In this document: piece after piece, positions 14,510-27,896 of the stretch
How positions within the stretch are numbered: the first letter of the stretch is position 1
How the letters are laid out: every line of letters begins with the position of its first letter
Assembly: GCA_053919585.1 (NCBI GenBank)
Contig: CM132784.1
Origin: Euprymna scolopes
Lineage: Eukaryota
DNA length: 64,000 nt
Reading direction: 5' to 3' (one strand)
Notes under the pieces: generated by a model
What the model saw: the letters and a program-made list of their open reading frames with translations, nothing else
Databases searched by the model: none
What the model was told of the DNA's origin: nothing
Translations under genes and position numbers: made by a program

Positions 14510-15620
14510 CTGGAAAGATATGAGCCATTCATTTCAATTAGAGCAAAAGAAAGATTTGAGTTTTGGCGCTGGAAGGAGAAGTGCTAGGTTTTACAAGTGT
14601 TGAAAATAACTTCTTCCCCATTGCACCACATGCTCTAATTGGAGGATAGATAATCAGCAATGTTCTTCAAGGTGCTTCGGTTGACAATTGTATAATCTGT
14701 GCATATAAAGAAATAATCTCACAATGATTTGGAAGATCATTTACGAAAGTAAGACTAGAGTTTGGCCCAGGATAGATCTCTGACGCGCACTGGCTTTAGT
14801 ATTGTGCGCTTCAGACTTCTGCTCATCAACAGTTACTTTATAGATGTATATCAGAGAGAAAGGATTTAATGGCCGAAAAGACTTTGCTGTATATTCCATA
14901 ACTAACAAATTTATGAAGTAAACCTTTGTGCCAGATCCTATCAAAGACCTTAGATATATCAAGAGCTATTACTCGAAAACCTTATTGAGAGATTCACTGA
15001 TCATATACGATACTACAATCAGCACATCAGCAGTTGATCTTGCAGAATGGAATCCATATTGCTTATCACTTTTGCTGAAGTGCGTGACAATTCTTTATTT
15101 ATCATGGATTCAAACAATTTGCTCATAATACACAGAAGATGGTTAGATCTGTACTGAGATATAAAAGACTGATCACCAGTACTTGTAAATTCTGGGCAAA
15201 CTAATTGTTTTCTAAAGAGACAGAAAACATTCTTTAAGCTATGATTAAGTAGCTTTGTAAGCAGCAAATTTTTAAGAACAATAATTGGAAGATTTTGAAG
15301 ACCAGTTGCCTTACTAGCATCAATTTTCTTGTTAAGTTTAACAACATCCTGGACAGGTATATGAATATCACTTAAGGTATTTACAATCATAGAGGAAAAT
15401 TCTAAAAGTAGGTGACCCTGGTCACAGAGACAGAAGTAATTTGGCTTAGTCAGGTGCTGAGAAAATCACTGCTAGTTGATTAAAATGGCTGAAATAGAAG
15501 GCTTACACCTCGTCAGTATTCTGTTATTTGACTAAACTCTCGGGGACTAAGACTGATCAGCAACTCTGAATTTAACAAATTGACCTCTTATACATTTCCT
15601 CTAAAACGTTTGTAGTTTAA
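14510..15620 (-). mobile_element. Old degraded fragment of CR1/Zenon-like LINE
   Basis: Minus-strand peptides DASKATG..IIVLK, SQYR...LLCIMSKLFES and VDEQKSEAH match the 53939 ORF; heavily mutated. Confidence 0.85.
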
Positions 15621-16816
15621 AACACAGCTTTGGCTTCAGGATATATATTATTACCATCATTAAATAGAAGTATTATTATTCCTGATTATTTTTGTAAAAA
15701 GACATTATTTTTCAATCTAGATAGCTATTTGTGTTCTCTGCAGACATGTACATAAATCAGATGAAAAACACTATTCTCTAAACGCTAACAGAGACATTAA
15801 AAATATAAGTGGTCGAAGCAACATAGAAAGAGAGAAGCGTGAAAAATCCATAATTAAGATAGATATGGATGACTTGGTCAATTAATTATAAATTACAGAT
15901 AAATAAACATCCATAATTAAGATAAATATGGGCGACTTGGTAAGTTAAAAATAAATTACAGATGACTAGAACAATTAAAACAATTTTTTTTTCATGTATA
16001 ACTCAATCCCAAAACTAAATTATTTTATCAAGTATTTTGTATTATTAAAGTATATAGGAAAACGTTACTTTCGTAGGAAAGTGAATCTGAAATATAAATA
16101 AAAGGTGTCCCTTTTCAGTTTGTTATCTGTTATCCTTCTAAAATCTATGATCTTAGCTTTTTCAAAGGAGTTAGATTAAATAAAATATCAATCCGAAACG
16201 TAAAATGATACTAATCCTTATCTCTTTTCAGATTAGATTCCTCTTTCCATCCTCTGCGACCATGAGGGCAGAAAGGCAGCTGATTGGTCGAATTACATAG
16301 TGCTATGCATATATCGTCCAAATACTCACCCATCAAGCCCACTTGACAACTATTCATAACAGCTTGATCCCGCACCCCACCTCACTAAGCTTGTAATCCA
16401 TTGCTTTTTGATTTCTCTTGCTTTCTTTTATTTCTTACTACAAAAATTTAAAAAAAGGTGGGATCCTCCATGTCTTAGTCATGATGAAACGAGAATAGGT
16501 AAGGAAATACCAATTTAGAATTTATATTTTATCTATTTCAAGAAACTTTGTAAATGAATAGTATCATTTCCTACTTGAGTCACTCTGGATGGGTCAATTG
16601 ATACGTTTAAACTAGTCTCAAGCTCTTCTCTATACAGTTTTCCTTCGGCAAATAAGTGCATCATTGTCATAAGGCAACACTTATCAAATTATTCCCCAAT
16701 TTGAAGTACCGCTTTATAAATTAGGTTGATTTGGAAAAAACGTGGATTTATCTATCTATATAATTAATCCGTCTTTTAAAAATGGATGACAGATGAATTT
16801 TTATATATATATATAT

Positions 16817-18936
16817 TACATGGGAGTCACCACTTATCAAGGCCGGAGAGCATTCAAGGATAAAGGGTTAATGCGTGTACAGTAGTCAATGGGACAATAT
16901 CATAATAATCGTGAGTAGTGGAAATTTGGTAAATTGGATTACGTAAGGGGAACAGCTCATCAAGAACTTGTTTACATTAGACTTGAACATGACCAAATTT
17001 TAGTCAGCTGGAAAGTAGGCAAACAGAAGCGAGTTCCACAGGCATGCAGTTCAAAGAAAGAAGCATTGTTTATGGAATTTACGCTTAGGTTTAGGCACAG
17101 ATAAAGCATGGGGGAAATTATTGATAGTAGTTTCAGTAGACGAGTGTTTTTCGTGAAAGCTTGGTGAGGGGGGGACCATAGATTGGAGGTCAGACTAGCA
17201 CTTGCCATGAAACTCACGATAAACCAGATACAGGCTCGCAACGTCTCTTCTGTGGGAAAGAGGTTGCAGGGAACAGAAAAGGACATTCCCCACCAGGCTA
17301 TGAAGTCTATTTTGAACTCTGTCACGGCAGCATAAGTCTTCCTAGCAGATCCTGTCCAAATGTGGCAACAGTACTTCATTCTTGGACGTACCTGGCTCTT
17401 ACATAAGCAGAGAACTGCATCAGCAGTTAGATAACTACTGGAGTTGTAGAACGATCCCACCATTTTTTTCAGCAGCCTTGGCAATGGATTTGATGTACGT
17501 GTTGCATTTTAGATCAGGAGTAAAGGCCAAGCCCAGAAGCTTGTCAAAACATGAGGCCTCCCCAAGACGAGAGCTATTCATGTCAATTAATGCCAGATGG
17601 GGACCAGAGCATTGATAATGTAAAGATAGCAGCTTGATTTAAGATGCATTAAAAGTAACCAGCCACCTCTTTCCACATTGAACCATGTGCTCACGATCAG
17701 AGGAGAAAGAATCAGAGAGGAATTAGTCATTTACGGCCTTTGAAGTGTTGCCATAGGCAATAGTGTCTTCAGCATAAATGTCTACAAATGATTTTAGGAT
17801 GTGATTTGGATGATCATTGATGTAGAGTAGGAAGAGAATTGGGCTCAGGACAGACCCCTGAAGAACTCCACCATTAATACTGTGAGCTTCTGATTTCTGC
17901 CCATCGACCATTACTCTTATGAACCTATCAGAGAGAAATGATTTAATAATTGAAAAAACATTTCCCGCTATACTGTAGCTGGAGGTCTTGTGAAGTAGAC
18001 CTTTATGCCATACTCTATCAAAGGCCTTTGATATATCAAGAGCAATTGCCCTAGAATGGAAACCTCCATCAAGAGATTTGCTAATCGTATGAAATATAAC
18101 CATTAGCACATTTGCTGTAGATCTAGCAGAATCGAAACTATATTGCATGTCACTGAGGAGGTTATTTTTGCTGAAGTGGTTGACTACTTATCTATTTAAC
18201 ACAAATTCCAGCGACTTATTCATTATGCACAAGAGACTTATTGGTCTGTACTGAGAGCGATCACCTGAATTATTAAATACAGGTCATACTGATGAGATTT
18301 TCCAGAGTGTTGGAAAGGAATTCTCCTTAAGAACAATGCTTAAACAGCTTTGTAAGTGTGGGAGCTAATTTTGGTTGAAGCTTTTTCAGCAGTATAATTG
18401 GAATGCCATCAGGGCTAGTTGCTGTGAATCAAGGTTTTTGATTAGCTTGGCAACATCACACACAGATATTTGTATGTTGCATAGTGTGTTTTCTGATACA
18501 GGAGGAAATATGGTGGTTGACGGTTGCATAGAGTAGAATTAGCTGCAAAGTTCTTGGCAAAGAGCTCGGCTTTGTCTGATGCTGACGAGATTGTCTCAGG
18601 TTAATTGATGATAGATCTAGGGATAGAGCCCATGCTTCTGTTCAAGACCCTGTTCGCTATTTGCCAATACTGGTGGGAACCAAGCCGCTACTCAGCTACT
18701 TTGAACTTTACAGACAAAGTATACAACTCTCTCCCATTCTCTTTTACTCTTTTACAGTGGTTGCTGACAATTCTGAAAGTGACTTTAGTTTCAGTACATC
18801 TATTACGTTGAAAACAATGGAAAAAGTGATTTCTGTACGCGATGGAAGAAGCACATTCTGGAGAGAATCATTGCTGGCTTTTAGATTTTTGCTGGAATTT
18901 TTTGAAGGGTATGAAGCGGTCTATACCTACAATTAA

Positions 18937-18937
<1 letters not shown>
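16817..18937 (-). mobile_element. 5'-truncated CR1/Zenon-like LINE copy
   Basis: ORF 17723-18148 has RAIALDISKAFDRVWHKGLL and QGSVLSPILFLLYIND; the family 3' end (ccttgataagtggtgactcc) lies at ~16823-16865; both ends abut (TA)n. Confidence 0.93.
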
Positions 18938-19012
<75 letters not shown>

Positions 19013-19552
19013 AGTAAATGGTAAATAGTAAAACTACCTGAAGAAAGTGCTCAATACTGCTTTAGAGCAAAATATGTTTTATTACTGTTTTTAATCTGCT
19101 TCGTTACACATGTTTCGATTACCGGAGTCGTGTTAACGATTTGATAATTTCACAAGACTTCACAGAAATAAATATTTATTATAGTGAAAAAAGAGAGAAA
19201 TTAGAAAAAAGTACAAATTTATGTTGAACGAGCAGCGACAGTCAATTGTAAAGTCATTGAGAAGTGACAAAGAGCAAACAAGACAGAGAGGAAAAGAGAG
19301 AGGGGAAGAGAGAGAGAGAAGACTGAAAGAAAAACGTGAGATGGGTAAGTTATTAGCATAGCAAGAGAAAATAGGAAAAAAAGAAGTAAGCAGTTAATTA
19401 GATGAGCCGGGTTTGATATGATCAGGCAGTTATAGAGAGAGATATAGAGAGAGGAAGATTGGGTAACTGTTGAATGCATGTCATGGGGAGATTGAAAGTT
19501 GATAAGCAAACGCATTTAATTACTTATTTATTCATATATATATATATATATA

Positions 19553-20453
19553 CTAGCATGGGTGTCCAGTGTTGCCCGGGTGTTTGGAGGTGTGTCTTGA
19601 GAAAAAAAGAAAAGTGGTAGTAGGAAGGCATAGGCTCGAACCCATACCCCGAAAGAGAGAGACAAGGATGGGAAAAAAACGTGACGTCTTTGCTGTTACG
19701 ACCAACCTCAAACCGGAAGTGACGTAGGTTTAAATTAAGGCTAGACAATCGAAAAGAGGGGATGACTTTCGACAATATCGGCGAAAAAAGCGATCCCTCC
19801 CTGTAGAAAAGTGGCCAGTTGAAGGTGAAGATATTAATGTTTTTAACCAATTTTTCGATATTTGTCGTCTGAAAGGTCAAGCTTAAAAACAATACTGATC
19901 TTGTGAAAATTCATCGCCTTTGTCGAAAGTTTTAAGCAGACATGCAAACATACATACATACATTTATATATTGGTAGCTCAAATTTTCGACCCAAACCGA
20001 TTAAAAAGCTTGCCTTATCTCTGAATACCCTTTATGTAAAATTTCAAATGTTTAGACCAGAAATTGTCTTAAGTAATTTGGTAGAGACCGCACAGGTCAC
20101 ACTTTTTTTAAACTTTGAACCCTATTATGACCCCTTAACATTTATTGGGCTCAAATCAAGTTATTAAGTTAGATCCATGTCCAAGAAACCTATATCTAAA
20201 ATTTCAAGTGTTTATACCCAAAATTGGCGGAGGAGTTTGGTAGAGTTCTCAAAGATCAAATCGTTGAACTTTGACCCTTAACAGCCACATTTCTGTCCGA
20301 AAATGGATTACAAAGATTTTCCCAAATCTCAGTACCCTGTATATCAAATTTCGAGTCTGTAGACTGAAAATTGGCAGAGATATTGTGTAGGGAAATGTAC
20401 ACAAACAGACAGACACAAACAGACAGACATTTTCACTTTTATAGATATATAGA
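19553..20453 (-). mobile_element. Non-autonomous Helitron-like element
   Basis: Minus strand starts A|TCtatatatctataaaag followed by a tgtc microsatellite and ends with hairpin cccgggcaacactgg then ..gCTAG|T. The 3' part recurs at 33440-33776 and 42053-42334. Confidence 0.75.
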
Positions 20454-20876
20454 TATATGGAATTATTAGCTTTTATTAATTTTAAATTTTATAACGGTTT
20501 ATTATTATTCATTTTCTCATTTTTCTTAATTTTTTATTTATTTATCCCTTCCTTTCCTTCTTTTAATATGAATGACTTCAAGTGGAACATATCTCAACTT
20601 CTCATGAGAGGATGTATCTTTATCATGACGTTAAATAAAGCATTGCAAATACCGTCCTCTCCAAACCGTGTGCTGACTAACTTTCAATCTCCCCATGACA
20701 GGCATTCAATAGTCACCCATTCTCCCTCTCTATATCTCTCCATAACTGCCTGATCATATCAAACCCCGCTCATCTAATTAATTGCTTCTTTCTTACCCAT
20801 CTCACTTTCTTTTTCTTTCACTTTTCTCTCTCTCCACTCTATCTATTCCTCTCAATTTATAATCAATACAAAATTG

Positions 20877-20953
<77 letters not shown>

Positions 20954-22759
20954 GACCTTTTCTATGTCTGAGGAACAATCTCTACCAAACTCAGCTGTTA
21001 ATTTTTTATCTACAGACTTGAAACTTGATATATACGAAATTTGGACTTGCGGAACACATTTAATTCGGTAATTAGCTGGTAAGAATAGCTGCTAAGAGGT
21101 CAAAATAGAAAAGCATTGAAACTTGGAAGGCGTAAGCCGACATAAAGTTCTTTTTTTATGTATGTACAAATATTCATTTATACATTAAAGTTAGTTCATT
21201 TTTAATTATTTGTTATTCATCTGACGATAGCTTTAATAATAATGTCTTAGACTGGAGAGCTAAATGTCTTGGCTTTAATTCTAATCAAAGTCATTTTTAG
21301 AAAACTTTTTGAAATATATATTGGGTACAATATTATAATCACTAGAGTAACTTATCTACAATGAATTGTTTCAAATGCGTATTGTGTTTTTTCATCAAAT
21401 AACACTAAAAGTGTTGATATACTGTAAAGCATAAAAAATGATGTATATAATGTTGTAGCAACGTCACATAGTCTCATCTTGGAATTCTAGATTTTTACCC
21501 TCAGCTTGATCTGATCGGTTGGTTAAGCATTTAAATTTGAACAGTTTAACGGAAATAAGCCAAACGTCACCAAGTTCATCACGAAATGTGAGAAGGTGAC
21601 TTTTTTCAAGTTTCATATTACAAGAGGATGTTCTAATTCTTTTTTTTTCTCTCTCTCTCTTATCGAAAAGAGCATATCAGTTGAATGAACGAAAGATATG
21701 TTACAAAACGGCGTCATCTTAAGTCAAGTAAAAAATGTTCATGAGTCAAAAAAGTTGTTGGGATAGAAATCAAGATACTTGATATGACATCAAGCATTCG
21801 AAAAAGATTAGTAGCTTCTGTGTTGAACTTAACTCTCTTGATCTCACTGCCTGACTAGTGAGGCTTATTAGAACTTCTAAGGTTGTTTCATTAAAGTATC
21901 AGCCAATATTAAAGTATTAATTTTCTTTACTTACCCAAATTATAAAATAATCTTAAAATGTATTTAACTGAGGAGTGATACTTGGACTGTTGTACCATGC
22001 ATCACTATATATGTATTAGTGTTGGGACGATTAATTGGAATCTCAATCGGAAAAAATCGAACATTTTTGGGATATTGGAATCGGTATTGAAAAAACTTGT
22101 CTATTTTTTGATGCAGAAAATGATTTCTTTATATTTTTTTTAATTTGATTTTGTTTAAAACAGAATCTTTTACTGGTGGTACCAATGATAAAATAATAAA
22201 TATTTGATTTTAAACTACCAGTAAAGCTAAAATCTGTAGATCACACTCAATGTTCTGTTTTTACGTTTGAGAAAATATATGCACATTTAATATGTGTTCT
22301 ACGGTAATTGTAGAGAAACTTTATAGTTAAATATTTAGAGATTTATCTACAAAAGATATAGTTAATTCGCATATTCTTTTAAACATTCATTTCAATTAAT
22401 TCCCTATTAGTTTGTTCGGTTTTCTCATGGGATGATCATCTTTAGTTAACTATTACATGCAGATATTCTACATGATTTATGCTTGCATAATATTTGTATA
22501 AAAAGATATTCTACATGATTTATACTTGCATAATATTTGTATAAAAAGGTTATAGTAAACACAAACCTATTTCTATATATATTTACTTTTCAAGAAAGAC
22601 TTCTGACTATAATAATATCGGGAAAACCAATGCTAACAATAGAATTTTCGGATTCATTCGATATGACGACGACTAATTAAATTCAATGCGATTCTGAAAT
22701 ATTTTAATTTTCAAATGAAGGGTTGCGTGCATATAGAAAAATAGCTTAACATATTTGGG

Positions 22760-23640
22760 TATGTAAACACTTCAAGGAGGTGACTCCCTGTTTTGCATAG
22801 TCACTGGTCAGCTTTGGTTCAGTGACTCTTAAAAATGTCAGGCTGGTGTCTACTGCATTATATTACCTTCGTGCAAAGACTCTTTAGGTTTTAATGGAAA
22901 GTGATGGTATTATAAAAAACAGCGCTTTTCGGTCAGTTACTTAACCAATGTAGGGGAAGACTTTTTATAAGTCAGCCTTGTTTTCCCTTCACTTCCTGTT
23001 ATTCTTTTGAAGGGATTACATTTTGGTTAACCTGTTTGGAATCTATGGGATAGAACGCTGATTGTGGAGCATCTTTCAGACTTGGTGTGTCTTGAAATGA
23101 TTTTACCTCTCTCTTTTTTATGTTGTCTATATTCCCCACAATAAACACCTTTCTATATCCTATAATAACATAAGAGGTCGCAAGTCAAACTTTCCTGTCC
23201 TTTTTCTAGATGCTTTAATTGATTGCAATGATCTACGTATGGATGGTTAGTTGCCTTTTATCTTACTTGACTCTTCCACGTATTTGCATGTTTTAACTTT
23301 TTTCCTTGCAGGGATCTCCTAATTGCACAGCTCCCAATCTTGAATTTCACAAGTGTCCTTATATTTTTCTGAGGTTGCTTTGCTGCACTCCACTTCCTAA
23401 TTAGTTATTTTTGAGCAGATCTCCTGACCATGCTTGGTTGCTGATAGTATAGATTTTTTTTGTATATTCAGCAGTATTTATAATGCACTGTAACTTCATC
23501 TGTTAACCTCTATCTTTCTTTTGACGATATCAATGCATATAATTCTGATTGGCTACTTCTCTCTAACTAGTGAAATATGTCCATTTTTCATTGTTCTGAA
23601 GTATTACCTCCCCTTAGATTTCATCACAGTCATCTCTGAA
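22760..23640 (+). mobile_element. Very old 5' (APE) remnant of a related CR1-group LINE
   Basis: tataataacataagaggtcgcaagtcaaacttt (~23161; YNNIRGRKSNF) corresponds to FSNIRGLRSNL of the young family; a DINAYN motif lies near 23525. Confidence 0.5.
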
Positions 23641-23912
23641 CGCAGATATACTGAGCAAAGTGGATTAAACTAAGGCAGAAGCACTTGATATTTACTCTTA
23701 CTAAAACAAAGCATTTTTTCTGTAATAAAAAAGGAAACGTTACGAGCCACCAATTGCAATGGCTAATGACACTCTAGTCGAAAGTTTATCATTCAAACTT
23801 TTGGGTCGAGCATTCAAATTTTACATGAATAAAAATGAAGACATTGACATGGCTGCTGCAAGGAAGGTAGGAACCATCTATTATGCTAGAAATCTTCTCA
23901 CACTTGCCAGTA

Positions 23913-24522
23913 ATGGTGGGATCATGCTACCACTCCAGTAGATATCTCACTGCTGATGCAATTCTCTACCTGTATAAGAGCCAAGTACGTCCAAGGATGG
24001 AGTACTGTTGCCACATCTGGGCAGAAGCTGCTAGAAAAACCTTATCCTGTTTTAACAGAGTTCAAAAGACTTCATAGCCTAATGGAGAATGCACTTTTCT
24101 CACAGAAGAGATTTTGCGCCTATCTCTGTGTTATTGTTATTTTCATGGCAAGTGCTCCACTGAGCTCCAATCTATGGTTCACCCTGACCTGACTTTTATG
24201 GAAATCACTCGTCCAGCTGAAACCACTACTCTTTATCTGTACCTAAACCTAAACGTAGATTCCATGAACAAAGCTTCTTTCTTAGAACTGCCATCCTGCA
24301 GAACTCTGTTCTGTTTTCCTGCTTTCCAACTGACTACAATATGGTTGCCTTCAAGTCCAACGTGAACAAGTTCTTAAGTAATCCAATTAACCAAACTTCC
24401 ACTAATAACGATTACTACAACATTTTCCTATTGACTACTGTACACTCATTAACCCTTATCCTCGAGTGACCTCTGGGCCTTGATAAGTGGTGACTCCTCT
24501 AAAATTAAAAAAAAACAAAAAA
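23913..24522 (+). mobile_element. 3' fragment of CR1/Zenon-like LINE
   Basis: YLYKSQVRPRMEYCCHIWA, the family 3' UTR (aacccttatcctcgagtgacctctgggccttgataagtggtgactc) and an A-rich tail. Confidence 0.92.
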
Positions 24523-24529
24523 ACTATAA

Positions 24530-25015
24530 AATATTGCTATCACATCTGGGCTGCAACACTTTCCATTATTTTCTCCCTCATTGACAGGGTCGCAAAAAAA
24601 ACAAAAAAAAAACTCTAATAGGTCCCACACTATTTAGGAAGCTCTAACCGCTGTCCCATCGTCACAACCTTGCTTTATTATGCTTATTTTACAAATATTT
24701 TAATTTAATGTGCCCTGATGAATTTGCTGTACTGCTGACCTTCGATATAGATAAACTGGACCGACCTATCAATCAGCAAATCCAACTTCTTCACTTTAGA
24801 GGTGCTGAAAAGATTTCTATTCTAATAGCTTCTTTCCTCCAACGCCCTCTTGGAGCTCCTTTATGTTTCTCTGACTGTACTAACATGCAGAAATGTAATG
24901 TGAACAAACATCTTGCTGTACAACTCCCTATTTAGGATATTCCTGTAGATATGCCCCCTAATTCACAGCAGCCCGCTATGTCCCACTGGTAATGTGCCTT
25001 GTTTAGGATAAAAAA
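24530..25015 (+). mobile_element. Old 3' RT remnant of a related LINE subfamily
   Basis: Decayed CYHIWA..DRV..IGPTLF..PLSHRHN motif order; different 3' UTR ending in an A tail near 25010. Confidence 0.6.
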
Positions 25016-25868
25016 ATGTTTAGGAGAGATGAAGAAACATGTAAGCTTAATAACTTAATAAACTTTTATATAAGTTAAAAAAAACTCAAGTTTTCATAAA
25101 GAAATTCTTATTACGTAATCACCTTGGACCTAATGTAGATATGTACATTAGCTAGTCCATATGAAACACCTGTTAACTGAGCCGAAATACCTTCTATCAC
25201 CTCCTAATGTGGATATGGAAAAGTAAAAGGATTGAACAAAATCCTTTATTTTCTTTCAGATGTTTCTTTGTTTTCCGTGGCTTTTCCAGCAAACCCAAAC
25301 TCAATACTCTTTCGCCGATTCCAAAGATTTTCGTAATACGGAGCAAAAGACAAAGCCAAAAGCAACACTGTAAAACTCTTCACTTCCTGCCTCGGGGAGA
25401 TCCCAACATCTAACATTTATTTGCAGACATTCCATTATCATCGGACACTAAAAGAGCCCCAATGTCTTTCACCTGTCAATCGCGTCTCAACATGTCGCCT
25501 CCCAGGAATTTCAGAATTCTTCACTTTCTCGTGTTTTTTCTTTTAATTTCTCTTCTATCTTATTCTCATCCTTTTCTAACTTATATTTTGTATTCTCGCA
25601 TTTTGTTTATATTCTTTTCTTTCTTTCTGTTTGTCTATGTGCTATTCTCTCTCTTAATATTAATGCCCTTCACAATCATTCCTCTCTCTATCACCCTATC
25701 TTTCTCCTACTCTCTCTAGTTTGTCTATTGTAATTCTATCTCTCTCGCTTCCTTTTATTTTTTCTCTCTCTTTGTCACTTTGCAATCTTTCAGGCTTCCC
25801 TTCCATGATTTCTTGTCCTTATTTCACTCTGTCTGTCAATTTCAATTAGTTCATTCATGCACTATATT

Positions 25869-25905
<37 letters not shown>

Positions 25906-26739
25906 CTCTCTCTCTCTCACTCTCTCTCTCTCTCTCTCTTGCTCTCTGTCTTACTTCCCTCTTAATTTTCTTCTTAATCCTCTTTTTTTATTCTTTTTTT
26001 TTCTCAGTTTCTTAGTCTTGCATTCCATTTACTTTCTCTATATATCCGACATCTTTAAAATAGCAATATTTTATTATTCCGTCTCTTTCACTGTATATTT
26101 TGCCCCAGGAAAAGGTAAAACAAAAAGATACAAACAAAACCTATAAAAATCCAATGTCTACAAAGCCGAGTGATAAAGATTATTTTCAGAAGGATTTTCA
26201 CCATCAGATCCGAAACAACACGCTTCTTGTCTAACTCACCATCCTCTCCTCCCGCCACTCTTTCTAGATTCTGACCACCGTGGTTATTCTTCTTTTTTTT
26301 TTTTTTTTGACATTTCCTTCTGTCCTTCGTCAGTCCCTAGGTGAAAAGGTTTGATATTTTGCCCCGTAACCCTACCAACTTCTAACCCAAGGGCGTGGCA
26401 CAGTCGGCATGGCAGGAGCGTTATTTCTAATGAGTCATTGTCTGATTACCTACAGAGCGCTTTTCCTGGATTTGGCTTTTCTTTCAGATTTCCCAACAAA
26501 ACTATCGAAGTCTACCAAGATTTCACTCCTTCTTTGTTGTCTGTTTTCTTGTCCAGATTAAAAGCGACTGGTGACACTTGACTCTTCATGAGATTATTTA
26601 TAGAATCTATAGAAATGTCAGATGTGTGTGTGTGTGCTTGTGTGTGTGTGTGTGTGTGTTTAAAATAAGTTAGCTTACCAAGTAAAAACATGAGCCGAGT
26701 ATTTATTTATCAAATTACATTGTTAATATAAATTCAGTA

Positions 26740-27480
26740 CCAAAGGTTTCGATCAGCTGTATGGTCCACCTCAATCTGACTAATCTATTAATGTTCATTT
26801 TAATTTATTCACCCAGATACGAAATCATGCTTGATCTATTAGATTGAATTATATTAAAGGGTGGAGTAATATTTCTTTCTCTTTAAATATAATATACATT
26901 ATCTGACATGATACTTCTTAAATGTGTAGTTTATAGTAAGCGTGTAAAACCGTTAATATTTGTAGCAGAAGATACGATTCACACAAGCGACAGCGCATCT
27001 GTTTGACTTGTCAGGTGCAAGAATTGGAGAAAGAAAAAAAATAAAGAACTTGTCTTTGTCACTGTTTCTTTTTTTTTAGCATTAATTTGAATATGAGGGG
27101 AGTAGCCTACTTAAGGAGGACAGACAGTTGAGTGTGTAGAAGAATATCGAACAGAGGTTTGTTTTTGGTGTGAATTACGGTGGCTAAAGCAGGGGAATTC
27201 AGTAAGTTTCTTGTAGAGAGAAGGATTACAGTATTATTTTTTCCTTTTGCTGGAGAGGCAAGTATGGGAAGATTAGGGTTGGTGGAGTTTTAAAAAAATG
27301 AACAATTTTCTTTTCTTTTGGCAATTCATCTTTTACGTTAGAGACAGAAAATCCCTTGTGGATAGTAGTCCGTTGAAGTGTTGATCACGTTGTGCTTGTA
27401 TAACCTGTGGCTACATTGTATGGGTTAATGAAAAAAATATTGAAAACATCGTTTCATATTGGAATCATTTACTACTACTC
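26740..27480 (-). mobile_element. Possible decayed Penelope-like remnant
   Basis: Minus strand has weak similarity to PLE linker and C-terminal Cys motifs (..KSNRC..) and a degenerate HHR-like ttgaggtggacc..gatcgaaacc at ~26745-26778. Confidence 0.3.
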
Positions 27481-27896
27481 CACTGTTTGGCATCTTCGGT
27501 TCTCAGCTGGTGAGGCTATCATGTTATCGTTGGTACTGATGGCTACTCTTCAGGATTACAATCATTGGCCAGACACTCCAGATGCTCTGTGATGTTTAGA
27601 ACATCAAGGTCAACCTTGATGTTGTCCAGCCGCGGTATTCGCCTTTGGCATCAAATCATATTATAGAAAGCTAAATAATAATCTATTTTTGAAAAAAAAT
27701 TTTTTCTAAAATGAATTAGCTTAAAGAAAGAATAACGTTTCAACTTTCAAAAAGTTTTCAGTAGGTTCTAAAATTTTCTTTTTGCAATTAATCTTTCTGG
27801 CCATAGCATATATAAAGAAATCAAAACTTGAAACCAAGAAAACAGAAAGCCAATTACAGGTCAAGCTAATTAATAATTGACTGACATCACTTGATA

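Noticed and set aside
22462-22547. Short local tandem duplications (also ~15845-15965, 35183-35237, 43700-43870)
   Set aside because: Ordinary slippage or duplication events with no further structure.
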